Shown one piece after another: positions 53,281 through 64,000 of a stretch of 64,000 nucleotides of DNA; position 1 is the stretch's first letter; every line of letters begins with the position of its first letter. Both the position numbers and the translations under genes were made by a program. The stretch comes from Acholeplasma sp. GTDB taxonomy: Bacteria; Bacillota_I; Bacilli_A; Acholeplasmatales; UBA5453. The stretch covers positions 148,478 to 212,477 of the forward strand of contig JAVBWN010000012.1 in NCBI GenBank assembly GCA_036677365.1, in the 5' to 3' direction. The notes under the pieces are model-generated. The model was not told where the DNA came from and ran no database searches. It saw only the letters and a program-made list of their open reading frames with translations.

Positions 53281-54162
53281 ATGGATTTAAGGATTGTTGA
53301 ATTATTCCAAAGCTTTAGAAGTGACTTTTTAGACTATTTCTTTATGTTTTTTAATGAGTTTGGCGATGAATTGGTTTTCCTTGTGGTAGCGGCCCTATTA
53401 TGGTGGGTTGTGAACAAACATTATGCGTATCGATTCATGATGATTTTCTTAACGTCGGTCGCTGTAAATGACGCATTTAAGAACCTAGTGAAAAGACCAA
53501 GACCTTACACTTTGCCATCGGTAGATTCCGTCACTGAACCAACCTATGGGTACTCATTCCCTTCAGGACACGCGCAAAATGCAGGTGCGATGGCACTCGT
53601 TTTAAATGAACGCTACGGCAACCTCAAAAAGTGGGTTAGACCGGTGCTTATTACCATTGTTGTCTTGGTCATGCTTGCTAGAATTTATTTGGGTCAACAT
53701 TACTTAACCGATGTGGTCGCAGGATTGGCGGTTTCTGTATTGGTATATTATGCTTTCATTTGGCTTGCTCCAAAAGTCTAGATTAGTCCAATTAAACTAG
53801 TTTATTATTCAATACCACTCATGGTATTAGGTGCATTCTTCATTGTCGATAAGAACTATTATGTTGCTATCGCATCCATGATTGGTTTAACTGTGGGTTA
53901 TGACTTAGAGTTGCGTTATGTCAAATATGAAGTTAAAGCCCCTTGGCAAATCCAAATAGCGAAATATGCGATTGGGATCATCGTGGCTTTATTGCTTAAG
54001 GAAGGCTTAAAGTTGGTATTCCCTTATAGCGGGAATGATGATTTAAATTTAACTCAATTGGACCTCATCCTCGATGGATTCAGATACTTCATCTTGACGG
54101 TATGGCTATCCTTAGGTTCAATGTGGGTTTTCAAAAAGTTATTTGGAAAATACTCAAATTAA
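53281..54162 (+). pseudogene. PAP2-family phosphatase with in-frame TAG at 53779-53781
   Basis: K....RPRP, SFPSGH, RIYLGQHY..D motifs; the same frame continues after TAG into a TM C-terminal half; no RBS before ATG 53821. Confidence 0.7.
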
Positions 54163-54165
54163 TGA

Positions 54166-54194
54166 AAAAAGGCACTCTGCGGAGTGCCTTTTTG
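54166..54194. terminator. Bidirectional terminator
   Basis: AAAAAGGCACTC-TGCG-GAGTGCCTTTTT. Confidence 0.85.
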
Positions 54195-55424
54195 TCATTC
54201 AATGACATGGATACTGTCAATTCTTTGACTGATTGGTGGGTGACTATAATTGAGAAATACATATAAAGGGTGTGGGGTTAAATTCACGAAATTTTCAATG
54301 GAAAGCTTCTTAAGCGCGCGAATCATTGCGTCCTTAGAGGTATTTTTAGCAGCGAAACCATCGGCGCGGTACTCCGCTTTTCTTGAAGCGACATTCATAT
54401 AAATACGGATGGGGATTTCAACAGGTTCTAATAAAATCATCATTAAAATGATTGTAAACCCAAAGTGAATGCCAGTTAGACCAAAGGCTGTGAATAGTGT
54501 TGGCATCATCAATATGAATGTCAATAATCCCACGTACACGAACAATAATAACAATGTTCTGAACAAGCCTTTTAAGGTATCTTTATGTGTAGCGTGACCC
54601 AATTCATGGGCTAAGACGGCCAAAATCTCATCTGTACTCATTTTTTCAATTAACGTATCAAATAAAACAACCTCTTTTTGCTTACCTAATCCACTGAAAT
54701 AGGCATTGAGTTTAGTCGATCGTTTTGAGGCATCTAAAACGAAAATCTTTTTCACTTCAAAACCCAAACGTTCGCCCAAAGCATCGATTTCGGTTTTTAG
54801 GTCACTTTCTGCCATCGGTTCGATTTTATTGAACCAGCGCATGAAGTATTTTTGTAAGAAGTATATGGAGACTAAAATAACGGATAATGCGATATAACTG
54901 AATAAGACAAACCATAAGAGTTCATCGTCAAATCGTCTAAATAAGACGTGTAGTAAGGCGATTAATCCACCACCCAGGACGATAGTTAGGATGAATCCTT
55001 TGAGCGTATCAATCCAAAACAACTTCTTTGACATCTTATTAAAACCAAATGACGCTTCAATTTCAAATATTTGATAGTATTTGAGCGGTATAGAGATGAC
55101 CAAAGTGATGAGGTAAAAGAAGAACATGAACAACAGTGTTTGAAGTGCCACCGAACCGGTTAAGCTATTGGTAAAAGATTCTAACGCACCAAAAAAGTTA
55201 AAAGCGAGTAAAAGGATTAGTAATGAGGTTGATATAACAGATGAGATCATCCCAAATTTAAAATTAGCCATGTTGTATCTTAACCAGGTTTGATACTTGT
55301 CAGGATCATATATATCCATCACAGATTCAGGCATCAAAGCTTTACGATTTCGATAATTCAAGATAGACACAGTCGTTTCAAAGATAAAAACCGATAAAAT
55401 CAACAGTAAAATAAGTATTTTCAT
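54195..55424 (-). CDS. M48 (Ste24-like) membrane zinc metallopeptidase
   Basis: DASKRSTKLNAYFSG, HELGH, EYRAD, SHPP. Confidence 0.93.
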   Translation of the reverse strand: MKILILLLILSVFIFETTVSILNYRNRKALMPESVMDIYDPDKYQTWLRYNMANFKFGMISSVISTSLLILLLAFNFFGALESFTNSLTGSVALQTLLFMFFFYLITLVISIPLKYYQIFEIEASFGFNKMSKKLFWIDTLKGFILTIVLGGGLIALLHVLFRRFDDELLWFVLFSYIALSVILVSIYFLQKYFMRWFNKIEPMAESDLKTEIDALGERLGFEVKKIFVLDASKRSTKLNAYFSGLGKQKEVVLFDTLIEKMSTDEILAVLAHELGHATHKDTLKGLFRTLLLLFVYVGLLTFILMMPTLFTAFGLTGIHFGFTIILMMILLEPVEIPIRIYMNVASRKAEYRADGFAAKNTSKDAMIRALKKLSIENFVNLTPHPLYVFLNYSHPPISQRIDSIHVIE

Positions 55425-55523
55425 GTAATCACATCCTTAGGATGATTATAACACCAAAAAGTCACTTTTACCAAAAGACCATCATCGCTATGATATAATA
55501 ACCATATAAGAGGTGAAAGATTC

Positions 55524-56738
55524 ATGAAAGTATTGTTTCGAATCATTCAATTTGTCCTCAAATGGGTTGCTAAAATATTGCCATGGAAACAACCTGTGGT
55601 TTTAGAAGGACACGACAGCTTAGTCTCACTGAAAAAACATTTAACTACCTTACCATATAAGCATTACCTCATTGTTACTGACCCAGGCATTAAAAAAGTA
55701 GGTTTGCTAGATTACGTTATAAGAGCAATTCAAATGGATTCCATCCAATTTACCATATACGATGCGGTTACACCCAACCCTACAATTCAATCCATTGAAG
55801 CAGCCTACCAGCTGTTTTTAAGTGCGGGATGTGACGCCCTTATTGGTTTAGGTGGTGGGTCAGCCATCGATGCTGCCAAAGCGGTAGGTATCCGGGTGAA
55901 AAAGCCCAATACGCCACTACATCAGATGAAAGGCATTCTCAAAGTTAGAAAAACCTTACCATTCTTAATTGCCATACCAACCACGGCAGGCACGGGTAGT
56001 GAAACCACCATAGCAACTGTCATTTCTAATCCAGATACGCATGAAAAATATGCAATTAGCGATTTAAGCTTAATGCCTAAAGTGGCCGTATTAGAACCTA
56101 AACTGACTAAAAACTTGCCGAAATTCTTTACAGCAACTACAGGCATGGATGCACTGACCCATGCTGTGGAAGCTTATGTCGGTCACGGGGGTACAAAATT
56201 CACCAATCGGATTGCAGAAGAAGCCATTTTGGGGATTCAAAAATACCTGAAATTATCCTATGATGAACCACATGATTTAGAAGCAAGATCCGGGATGCTC
56301 AAAGCCTCTTTCCAAGCAGGCGCTGCTTTTACGAGGGCATATGTGGGGAATATTCACGCCATAGCCCATACATTTGGAGGCTTTTATCAAGTACCACATG
56401 GGTATGCGAACGCCATCATCATGCCACACGTACTCAAATTTTACGGTAAAAAAGCCGAACACAAACTCGCGAAATTATCGGATTTATTGGGTTTAACCGA
56501 TGGTTCCGTATCGAATGGTATGAAAATGAAAGCTTTTATCGATTGGATTGAGAAGCTCAATGCTTATTTTGGCATTCCAACTCAAATCGAGGTACCACAT
56601 AAGCAAGATTTAGATGCGATGATACGTAATGCCTACAAAGAAGCTAACCCACTATATCCGGTACCCAAGATTTTTAGTAAAATGGATTTTAAAGTATTGT
56701 ATAATGCCATCATGAAATTAGACGACAAAGCAGCGTAA
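55524..56738 (+). CDS. Iron-containing alcohol dehydrogenase
   Basis: GGGSAIDAAK, PTTAGTGSE, GMDALTHAVE, HAIAH, HG. Confidence 0.95.
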   Translation: MKVLFRIIQFVLKWVAKILPWKQPVVLEGHDSLVSLKKHLTTLPYKHYLIVTDPGIKKVGLLDYVIRAIQMDSIQFTIYDAVTPNPTIQSIEAAYQLFLSAGCDALIGLGGGSAIDAAKAVGIRVKKPNTPLHQMKGILKVRKTLPFLIAIPTTAGTGSETTIATVISNPDTHEKYAISDLSLMPKVAVLEPKLTKNLPKFFTATTGMDALTHAVEAYVGHGGTKFTNRIAEEAILGIQKYLKLSYDEPHDLEARSGMLKASFQAGAAFTRAYVGNIHAIAHTFGGFYQVPHGYANAIIMPHVLKFYGKKAEHKLAKLSDLLGLTDGSVSNGMKMKAFIDWIEKLNAYFGIPTQIEVPHKQDLDAMIRNAYKEANPLYPVPKIFSKMDFKVLYNAIMKLDDKAA

Positions 56739-56822
56739 AATCTGCTTTTTCTTTTTTTTTCAAGGCTACAAATAAGGTATAATTAAACTAGATAAACGAT
56801 ATTAGAATAGGGGAGATGGCTC

Positions 56823-59162
56823 ATGATTTTGGTTAATTACCCGTACTTTCACTTGAAAACGTCTGAACTCAGTTACGTTTTTTGTGTGACACCCACTCGA
56901 AAATTAGAACATTTGTATTTTGGAGACGCCTTACCTGATGGCAAACTGGACGTCTTACACTTCAAACCAACAGCTGGTATCGGTAGTGCTATCCTTTATG
57001 AACGCGATGGTTATCAAACTAATTTGGATTTTTTACCGATGGAATTTTCTGAATTTGGTAAAGGGGATTACCGTCTTTCCCCAATCGAACTCCAAATGCC
57101 TGATCAAACTTTTGTCACAGATTTTATTTATCACGAACACGAAGTAAAATCAGGTATGGTGGCTTCTCATGTATTACCTGTGGGTAAACCAACCGAAGAT
57201 ATCGAAACATTGATCATCACATTAAAAGATTCAAAATTCAACGTGTATATTAAACTCATTTATACAGTTTATTCATCCACAAACGTGATTGGTAGAAGGC
57301 TGATTCTAGACAATCAAGATGAACTCTTACACATTCGAAAAATCATGTCAATGATGATAGATATCCCAGAAATGGATTATGAATTATTGACTTTACAAGG
57401 TGGATGGATCAAAGAAACACACAAAGACATTAGACCACTCCATTATGGGACATACATCCATGATTCCACCACAGGTGCATCTTCAAACCGTGTGAACCCT
57501 GGATTCATGGTATTCAAAAAAGGGACACATGAAGATTATGGTCGTTGTTATGGATTTAACCTCATTTATAGTGGCAATCATTACCAAGCCATCCATGTAT
57601 CCAATCATGGTATCATGCGCATCATGAATGGGATACACCCACAAGCATTCCATTACCCATTACATAAAAACGAACAATTTGAAACCCCTGAAGCCATCCT
57701 GAGTTTTTCAAGTTTGGGGTTCAATGGGCTCTCGAAACACTTCCATGATTTTGTATCGAAACACATCACACCCAGGCAATTCAAGCACAAATTGAAACCC
57801 ATCGTCATCAACAGTTGGGAAGCCTTTTTCTTTGATTTCACCTCGAGCAAGTTACGCCATTTAGCCAAGAAAGCCAAACAACTTGGGATAGAATTATTTG
57901 TCCTAGATGATGGTTGGTTTGGCAACAGAAATGATGACACAAGTTCACTAGGTGACTATCAAGTAAACCTTAAAAAACTGCCAGGTGGGTTAACTCAACT
58001 GTCCAAAGCCATTCACAAATTAGGTATGCAATTTGGTTTGTGGTTTGAACCAGAGATGGTTTCACCTCGAAGTGAACTTTATGACATACACCCGGATTGG
58101 GTTGTTAAAATCGAAGGCAGAACACCTGCTTTAGGCAGAAATCAATGGGTATTGGATTTGTGCAATAAAGAAGTTAGACAATATATCATGAACCAGATGT
58201 CTATCATCATTGAATCTGCACAACTCGATTATATTAAATGGGACATGAATAGGCACATCACCGATGCGTTTTCTAGTCATGTTGAACATCCGGGGATGTT
58301 CTATCACCACTATATTTTGGGTTTATATGAGATATTGAATACACTACAAAATAAGTATCCGAATCTTTGGATCGAATCTTGTTCCAGTGGTGGCAATCGC
58401 TTCGATTTAGGGATGTTATCTTATACCCCGTATATTTGGGCATCCGACAATACAGACCCGATTGAACGCTTAAAAATTCAAGAAGGCTTATCCTATTTCT
58501 ACCCACCATCGACCATCAGTGCACACGTATCACTAGCCCCACATGCACAAACCATCCGGCATACACCACCATCGACCAGATTCAATGTGGCAGCGATGGC
58601 ATGTTTGGGTTATGAACTCAACTTAAAGTATTTGACCAAAGCAGAGCTCAATGAAATTAAAAAGCAGATTTCACTCTATAAATCCTATCAAAATGTATTT
58701 CAACTAGGCACATTTAAGAGATTCAATCCGATTAGAAATAACTTGTATATTTGGCAAGTCTCGCTAGCCGATACCCATATCGTTGGGTTTTATCAAACGT
58801 TATATGAAGCGTCTCCTAACCCCGATGTGTTGAGTATTAAAGACTTAAAACCCGATGCACTGTATGAAATGACCTCAGTTCAACAAACCATGCCGATCGG
58901 TCGGTTTGGTCATTTAATCGCCCATGCATTACCAATTAAACTCAATCCAAATGGGTTCATCATGCATACGATATCCAAATACAAACAACTCGAAAATGCG
59001 ACAGAATCCTATACCATATCTGGACAAGCACTCATTCGGGGTATCCCTTTGAAACAACAATTCAGTGGGACATATTACAACAATCAAACCAGGATCTTAG
59101 GGGATTTTGGGTCACAACTTTATATCATTCGAAAAGTAGGTGAAGCACATGCGACAGATTAG
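56823..59162 (+). CDS. GH36 alpha-galactosidase
   Basis: NSWEA, FVLDDGWFG, FGLWFEPEM, YIKWDMNR, CSSGGNRFD, WASDNTD. Confidence 0.96.
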   Translation: MILVNYPYFHLKTSELSYVFCVTPTRKLEHLYFGDALPDGKLDVLHFKPTAGIGSAILYERDGYQTNLDFLPMEFSEFGKGDYRLSPIELQMPDQTFVTDFIYHEHEVKSGMVASHVLPVGKPTEDIETLIITLKDSKFNVYIKLIYTVYSSTNVIGRRLILDNQDELLHIRKIMSMMIDIPEMDYELLTLQGGWIKETHKDIRPLHYGTYIHDSTTGASSNRVNPGFMVFKKGTHEDYGRCYGFNLIYSGNHYQAIHVSNHGIMRIMNGIHPQAFHYPLHKNEQFETPEAILSFSSLGFNGLSKHFHDFVSKHITPRQFKHKLKPIVINSWEAFFFDFTSSKLRHLAKKAKQLGIELFVLDDGWFGNRNDDTSSLGDYQVNLKKLPGGLTQLSKAIHKLGMQFGLWFEPEMVSPRSELYDIHPDWVVKIEGRTPALGRNQWVLDLCNKEVRQYIMNQMSIIIESAQLDYIKWDMNRHITDAFSSHVEHPGMFYHHYILGLYEILNTLQNKYPNLWIESCSSGGNRFDLGMLSYTPYIWASDNTDPIERLKIQEGLSYFYPPSTISAHVSLAPHAQTIRHTPPSTRFNVAAMACLGYELNLKYLTKAELNEIKKQISLYKSYQNVFQLGTFKRFNPIRNNLYIWQVSLADTHIVGFYQTLYEASPNPDVLSIKDLKPDALYEMTSVQQTMPIGRFGHLIAHALPIKLNPNGFIMHTISKYKQLENATESYTISGQALIRGIPLKQQFSGTYYNNQTRILGDFGSQLYIIRKVGEAHATD

Positions 59163-61473
59163 ACACATCAATGACGGCTGGTTTTTTAAACCATTCGAGT
59201 TAAAAGATATTGAAGCTTTTGATCCTTCTTTATATGTGCCTGTTTCGATTCCTCACGAAGGGATCAAATTGCCTTACCATTATTTTGATGAAAAAATCAC
59301 GCAACAAAAGTTCACGTATTATAAGGAATTTTTCATCGAATCAGACTTAGAAAATCAAATCATTTCCATCCGTTTTGAAGGTGTTGCCCATCAAGCAAAT
59401 GTATATTTAAACGGGCGATTTATCACCAAGCATGTGGGCGGATATACGCCATTTGAAGCGATTTTAAACGACTACATTAATTTTGGAAAACAAAATCAAC
59501 TGTGTGTGGTTGTGGATGGTAACGAAGACAAAGATACCCCACCATTTGGTGGTGTGGTTGATTACCTTGGCTATGTTGGAATTTACCGTGAAGTCGCCCT
59601 TATCCTTAAAGATGAGATTCATATTAAAGATGTTTATGTTCGAACTCAGAACAAAAAATTCAAAGCAACTATTCAGCTTTCTCATGAAGCGATTTTATCC
59701 TATCAACTGATTGACCCTAAAGGCCAGTGCGTGAAAAGTGGCCAGTTACCAAAAGCGACCACCCATGAAATTGAAGAAACATTAGAACAGGTTGATTTTT
59801 GGGACATCGATCAACCCCATTTATACCGATTGAAAACCAAAGTAGAGTCGGATGAGGTATCCACACGATTTGGTTTTAGAGACATTGAATTCAAGCCGGA
59901 TGGGTTTTATTTGAATGGCAGATTATTAAAACTGAGGGGATTAAACCGTCATCAAAGTTATCCTTATGTTGGCTATGCCATGCCCAAGCGGATGCAACAA
60001 CAAGATGCCGATATTTTGAAATATGAACTTGGTTTAAATATTGTACGGTCATCACACTACCCACCATCTAAACACTTCATCGAACGCTGTGATGAAATTG
60101 GTTTATTGTTATTTGAAGAACTCCCTGGGTGGCAACACATCGGTCAAGGGGCTTTCATCGATAACGCACTTAAGGCCTTAGAAGAAATGATCCTTCGAGA
60201 CCGAAATCACCCATCCATCATTTTATGGGGCGTAAGAATCAACGAATCACCTGACCATCATGATTTCTATACCAAATCCAATGCGCTATCGAAACATCTC
60301 GACCCATCTCGTCCAACCGGTGGGGTCAGAAACTTCGCTAAATCTGAATTTTTAGAAGATGTGTATACATATAATGATTTTTCACATACCGGAAACAACC
60401 CAGGTGTGATGTCCAAACACAAAATCACCAAAGCGGTACCGTATATGGTCACTGAACACAACGGACATATGTTTCCTACCAAAAAATTCGACCCAGAATC
60501 GAAGCGTGTTGATCAAGCATTAAGACACATGCGTGTTCTAAATGACGCTTTAGACCCACAATCGAACATTGCGGGTGCGATTGGTTGGTGTATGAGCGAT
60601 TATAATACGCATAAAGAATTTGGCTCTGGGGATAAGATTTGTTACCATGGTGTTTTAGATATGGACAGATTACCGAAACTCGCCGCGTATGGTTACCAAT
60701 CTCAAAAAACCAATGAACCATTCATGAAAATCGCATCCACCATGCAAAATGGTGAGTACGCCGGGGGTTTCTTAGAAAAAGTTGTGGTATTCACCAATGT
60801 GGATTATATTAAACTCTATCGTAATGATGTATATATAGACACTTACCATCCGAGTATTGAGGCATATCCATTCTTACCACACCCACCCATCATCATCACC
60901 GATTTTATTGGTAAAACGTTGATGAACAAAGAACACATGAAGGAAAAAGATGCAGAAAAAACCAAACAGCTTCTTCGAAGCATTCAAAAAGATGGGAACC
61001 ATTTACCGATTTTTAAACAACTTCAAATGCTTTTTTTACTAAAAAAGTATCACCTCACATTGAATGATGGTGTAAGAATGTTTTTTGAATATACGAGTGG
61101 CTGGGGTTCAGCTGAAACCATCTACACCTTTGAAGGATACACGAACGATCAGTGTGTGATTCAACAAAAAATCGAATCTCACAAGGTAACGGAATATCAC
61201 CTCAAAGGCGAGGATACGATGGTGATTGGCGAAACTTATGATGTCCTTAGATTGGTAGTTCTAAAGACCAACTCAAATGGACATACCCTCGATTTCGCAA
61301 TGGATGGCTTTACAGTAGAAACCGAAGGACCAATTGAACTCATCAGTCCAACAATCTCCAGTTTGAATGCAGGATCAAGAGCAATTTACATCAAGTCAAC
61401 AGGCTTGGGGATTGCGAAAGTAACCGTGCATTTTGAAGAGAGCACTTTAACCAAAGAAATCAAAATCATCTAA
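59149..61473 (+). CDS. GH2 beta-galactosidase
   Basis: RFEGV, GGYTPF, GLNRHQ, RSSHYP, RNHPSIILW..NES (acid/base), VTEH (nucleophile). Confidence 0.93.
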   Translation: MRQIRHINDGWFFKPFELKDIEAFDPSLYVPVSIPHEGIKLPYHYFDEKITQQKFTYYKEFFIESDLENQIISIRFEGVAHQANVYLNGRFITKHVGGYTPFEAILNDYINFGKQNQLCVVVDGNEDKDTPPFGGVVDYLGYVGIYREVALILKDEIHIKDVYVRTQNKKFKATIQLSHEAILSYQLIDPKGQCVKSGQLPKATTHEIEETLEQVDFWDIDQPHLYRLKTKVESDEVSTRFGFRDIEFKPDGFYLNGRLLKLRGLNRHQSYPYVGYAMPKRMQQQDADILKYELGLNIVRSSHYPPSKHFIERCDEIGLLLFEELPGWQHIGQGAFIDNALKALEEMILRDRNHPSIILWGVRINESPDHHDFYTKSNALSKHLDPSRPTGGVRNFAKSEFLEDVYTYNDFSHTGNNPGVMSKHKITKAVPYMVTEHNGHMFPTKKFDPESKRVDQALRHMRVLNDALDPQSNIAGAIGWCMSDYNTHKEFGSGDKICYHGVLDMDRLPKLAAYGYQSQKTNEPFMKIASTMQNGEYAGGFLEKVVVFTNVDYIKLYRNDVYIDTYHPSIEAYPFLPHPPIIITDFIGKTLMNKEHMKEKDAEKTKQLLRSIQKDGNHLPIFKQLQMLFLLKKYHLTLNDGVRMFFEYTSGWGSAETIYTFEGYTNDQCVIQQKIESHKVTEYHLKGEDTMVIGETYDVLRLVVLKTNSNGHTLDFAMDGFTVETEGPIELISPTISSLNAGSRAIYIKSTGLGIAKVTVHFEESTLTKEIKII

Positions 61474-61603
61474 AAGATAACGGCCAATTTGGGCCGTTTT
61501 CTGCTATTATAAGAATCTATACAGATTTATTCAATCACACATAATAAGCATTTCATTTCATCTCATAGATACATTTGATTATAATGAATGCGAGGTGAGA
61601 CTT

Positions 61604-61951
61604 ATGTCATTTTTTCAAGTACATTTTAAAGGGAAATACGCCAACGATTTATCACCTAAAGACTATGCTCAAAAAGTCGAAGATGGTGAATACATCGTTT
61701 TGATCGATGTGCGCAGTGCCTATGAATACCATCAAAAAAGAATACCCAATGCCATCCATTATCCCATTGATGAATTGATCAAAAACATCGAAAATGATTA
61801 CCCGGATAAATATCAAACTTATGTGCTTTATTGTAATGAAGGGATATTATCGTATCAAGCCTTAGAACACATGGCGAAACTCAATTATACCTCAGTGTAT
61901 GATTTAGGTGGTATTCAAACGTGGCCTTATGAAACAGAATCGGATGTATAG
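61604..61951 (+). CDS. Rhodanese-like domain protein
   Basis: IDVRS..EY...IPNAIH.P, YC..G, YDLGGI..W. Confidence 0.88.
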   Translation: MSFFQVHFKGKYANDLSPKDYAQKVEDGEYIVLIDVRSAYEYHQKRIPNAIHYPIDELIKNIENDYPDKYQTYVLYCNEGILSYQALEHMAKLNYTSVYDLGGIQTWPYETESDV

Positions 61952-62064
61952 AACACCCATCGCGGTGTTTTTTTAACATAAATTCAAAAAAATTCAAATA
62001 AAATCTTTGATTGGGATTGTAAAGGTGTATAATGTAATTGAACAAAACATTATGAAAGGGGTAC

Positions 62065-62427
62065 ATGATGCTAGAAGATAAAGATAAATCATTACTGGGT
62101 GAAGAAAAAGACCCTTTCGCATCCATCATCGATGAACAGATCGATCCTTTTGAAACGCCAGAAACTGACCCATTTGAAACACCTCAATCTAAACCAGAGA
62201 AAGCAGAAAAACCAAAGAAGATTAAAGGAGACAAAATACAAGAAGATAATAATGATTTTTTTAACCCGATCTCAACGAAAGCAGAGGATCAAATCTACGA
62301 ACCGGAAAGAAGCATATTCAAATCATATCGCATCCTTGGTACTGTAATTACGGTAGCGATGTTAGCTATGTTTATTATTACGTATTTGTTTTCACTATTA
62401 TTTCAATGGATGTTTGGATTCCACTAA
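62065..62427 (+). CDS. Hypothetical protein with acidic disordered N terminus and C-terminal TM helix
   Basis: RBS AGGGG; three DPF motifs; hydrophobic C terminus. Confidence 0.6.
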   Translation: MMLEDKDKSLLGEEKDPFASIIDEQIDPFETPETDPFETPQSKPEKAEKPKKIKGDKIQEDNNDFFNPISTKAEDQIYEPERSIFKSYRILGTVITVAMLAMFIITYLFSLLFQWMFGFH

Positions 62428-62494
62428 TCGTGGGTCCTTTTTTTTCACATGAATTCATTTTCGTGCTAAAATATCCCTAAAGGACGGGATCATT

Positions 62495-63859
62495 ATGGAT
62501 TTTACTACCCTCGTATCGAACCAAAAAGCCTATTTTTATTCAGGTGTGACCAAGACGTATGCACATCGCTTAGCCGCGCTTAAATCGCTTAAACAGGCGA
62601 TTATCAATTTTGAACCACAAATCTATCAAGCCTTATATGAAGACCTAGGTAAGTCTAAGGAAGAAGCCTTTTTAACCGAAATTGGATTGGTTTTGAGTGA
62701 GATCACTGAAGCCATCAAACACTTAAAATCTTGGATCAAACCCATTCGAGTTAAAACACCATTGGTATTGTTTAAAGCCTCCAGTAAGATTTACCGCGAC
62801 CCACTCGGGACAGTATTAATCTTATCGCCATGGAACTACCCATTTCAACTGGCCATAAACCCTTTGGTGGGGGCCATCGCAGCAGGTAACACTGCGATTG
62901 TTAAGCCTTCTTCATCCTCTGAAAAAACAGCCGTTGTCATTGACCTCATGTTGAAAAGTGTTTTTGAACCTGTATTTGTTACAACCGTTTTAGGCAGTGC
63001 GGTATTGGCAGAAAAACTACTCTATGAAAAGTTTGATCACATATTCTTTACCGGTAGCATTCCTATTGGTAAGAAAGTCATGCAAATAGCGTCTGAAAAC
63101 TTAACACCGGTAACGCTAGAACTGGGTGGTAAAAGTCCATGTATCATCGATTCAAATACAGATATCCAAATGGCAGCCAAAAGAATTGCTTTTGGAAAAC
63201 TCATCAATGCTGGACAAACTTGCATCGCGCCAGACTATGTATTCATCAAACCAGAACTGAAATCATCTTTTGTTGAATACTATAAAAAATATGTTAAAGA
63301 GTTTTATGGCGAATCACCCTTAGAATCGGATCATTATCCAAAAATCATCAGTGCAAAACACGTAGAACGTTTGATGGGTTTGACTCAAAATGAGCATATT
63401 GTACTGGGTGGTAAAACCAATGGGATCAAAATTGAACCCACAATTTTAGATAACATCACCTTCGATTCAAAAGTGATGAAAGAAGAAATCTTTGGACCGA
63501 TTTTGCCATTAATCGACTATCAACATATCGATGACGTCATCGACATTCTAAAAACCAAGGAAAAACCACTGGCCTTTTATTTGTTTACGAATGACAAGAA
63601 GATCCAAGATAAAGTACTTTCTTCACTCAGTTTTGGTGGTGGTACCGTCAACGATACCTTGATGCATTTTGCCAACCATCATTTAGGCTTTGGTGGTGTT
63701 GGTCATAGCGGTATGGGAAATTACCATGGGATACGCAGTTACAAGACCTTCACACATGAAAAGTCGGTACTTACGCGATCTATAAAAATAGATTTACCGA
63801 TGAGATATCATCCGATTTCAAAGACATCTGACAGCATCATCAGAAGAATACTAAAATAA
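62495..63859 (+). CDS. Aldehyde dehydrogenase (ALDH3-like)
   Basis: PWNYP, FTGS, LELGGKSP, GQTCIAPDY, EEIFGP, FGGVG.SGMG. Confidence 0.96.
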   Translation: MDFTTLVSNQKAYFYSGVTKTYAHRLAALKSLKQAIINFEPQIYQALYEDLGKSKEEAFLTEIGLVLSEITEAIKHLKSWIKPIRVKTPLVLFKASSKIYRDPLGTVLILSPWNYPFQLAINPLVGAIAAGNTAIVKPSSSSEKTAVVIDLMLKSVFEPVFVTTVLGSAVLAEKLLYEKFDHIFFTGSIPIGKKVMQIASENLTPVTLELGGKSPCIIDSNTDIQMAAKRIAFGKLINAGQTCIAPDYVFIKPELKSSFVEYYKKYVKEFYGESPLESDHYPKIISAKHVERLMGLTQNEHIVLGGKTNGIKIEPTILDNITFDSKVMKEEIFGPILPLIDYQHIDDVIDILKTKEKPLAFYLFTNDKKIQDKVLSSLSFGGGTVNDTLMHFANHHLGFGGVGHSGMGNYHGIRSYKTFTHEKSVLTRSIKIDLPMRYHPISKTSDSIIRRILK

Positions 63860-63867
63860 CGCTCCAT

Positions 63868-63915
63868 AAAGAGATTATAACCGTCTATGAAAAATTGGTT
63901 ATAGTCTCTTTTTTG
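63868..63915 (+). terminator. Rho-independent terminator
   Basis: AAAGAGATTATAACC...GGTTATAGTCTCTTT plus T tract. Confidence 0.75.
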
Positions 63916-64000
63916 TTTACTAGGAAAGTTCGTCTTTTATTGTTCGCTTTCCGAATGTTCTTTCAATCAGTTTTATATAATTCTACTATAAACTTGGTAT

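Overview
Low-GC bacterial chromosomal window in the standard genetic code (TGG for Trp; TGA, TAA and TAG all used as stops). The many lipoproteins with InlB B-repeat/DUF5011-type stalks and the gene content suggest a wall-less Acholeplasmataceae-like organism; this is inference. In order: guaA (partial) and guaB; a small islet with a CPBP protease, an Abi_2/AbiF-type HEPN protein and a Fic protein; an S8 protease plus lipoprotein; ArsR with a P1B-4 ATPase; a LacI-linked pair of very large repeat lipoproteins; an ABC exporter; a roughly 17 kb divergent pectin/oligogalacturonide locus (GH105, unknown enzyme, GPH symporter | PL1, sugar ABC, PL2, accessory lipoproteins); three paralogous membrane proteins; a membrane alpha/beta hydrolase divergent from a glpP-glpK glycerol operon; a SAM-I riboswitch ahead of an unknown protein; a malate operon; assorted hydrolases, GH36, GH2, ADH and ALDH. 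The top finding is the AbiF-like HEPN gene flanked on both sides by near-identical ~65-nt structured RNA units. Each unit has its own sigma70 promoter and terminator and a different hairpin insert, which fits a candidate RNA-antitoxin (type III-like) system with two RNAs. Other notable items: a three-leader GlpP attenuation regulon that includes an uncharacterised hydrolase, a P4-less SAM-I riboswitch on an orphan gene, novel repeat domains, and two in-frame amber stops.
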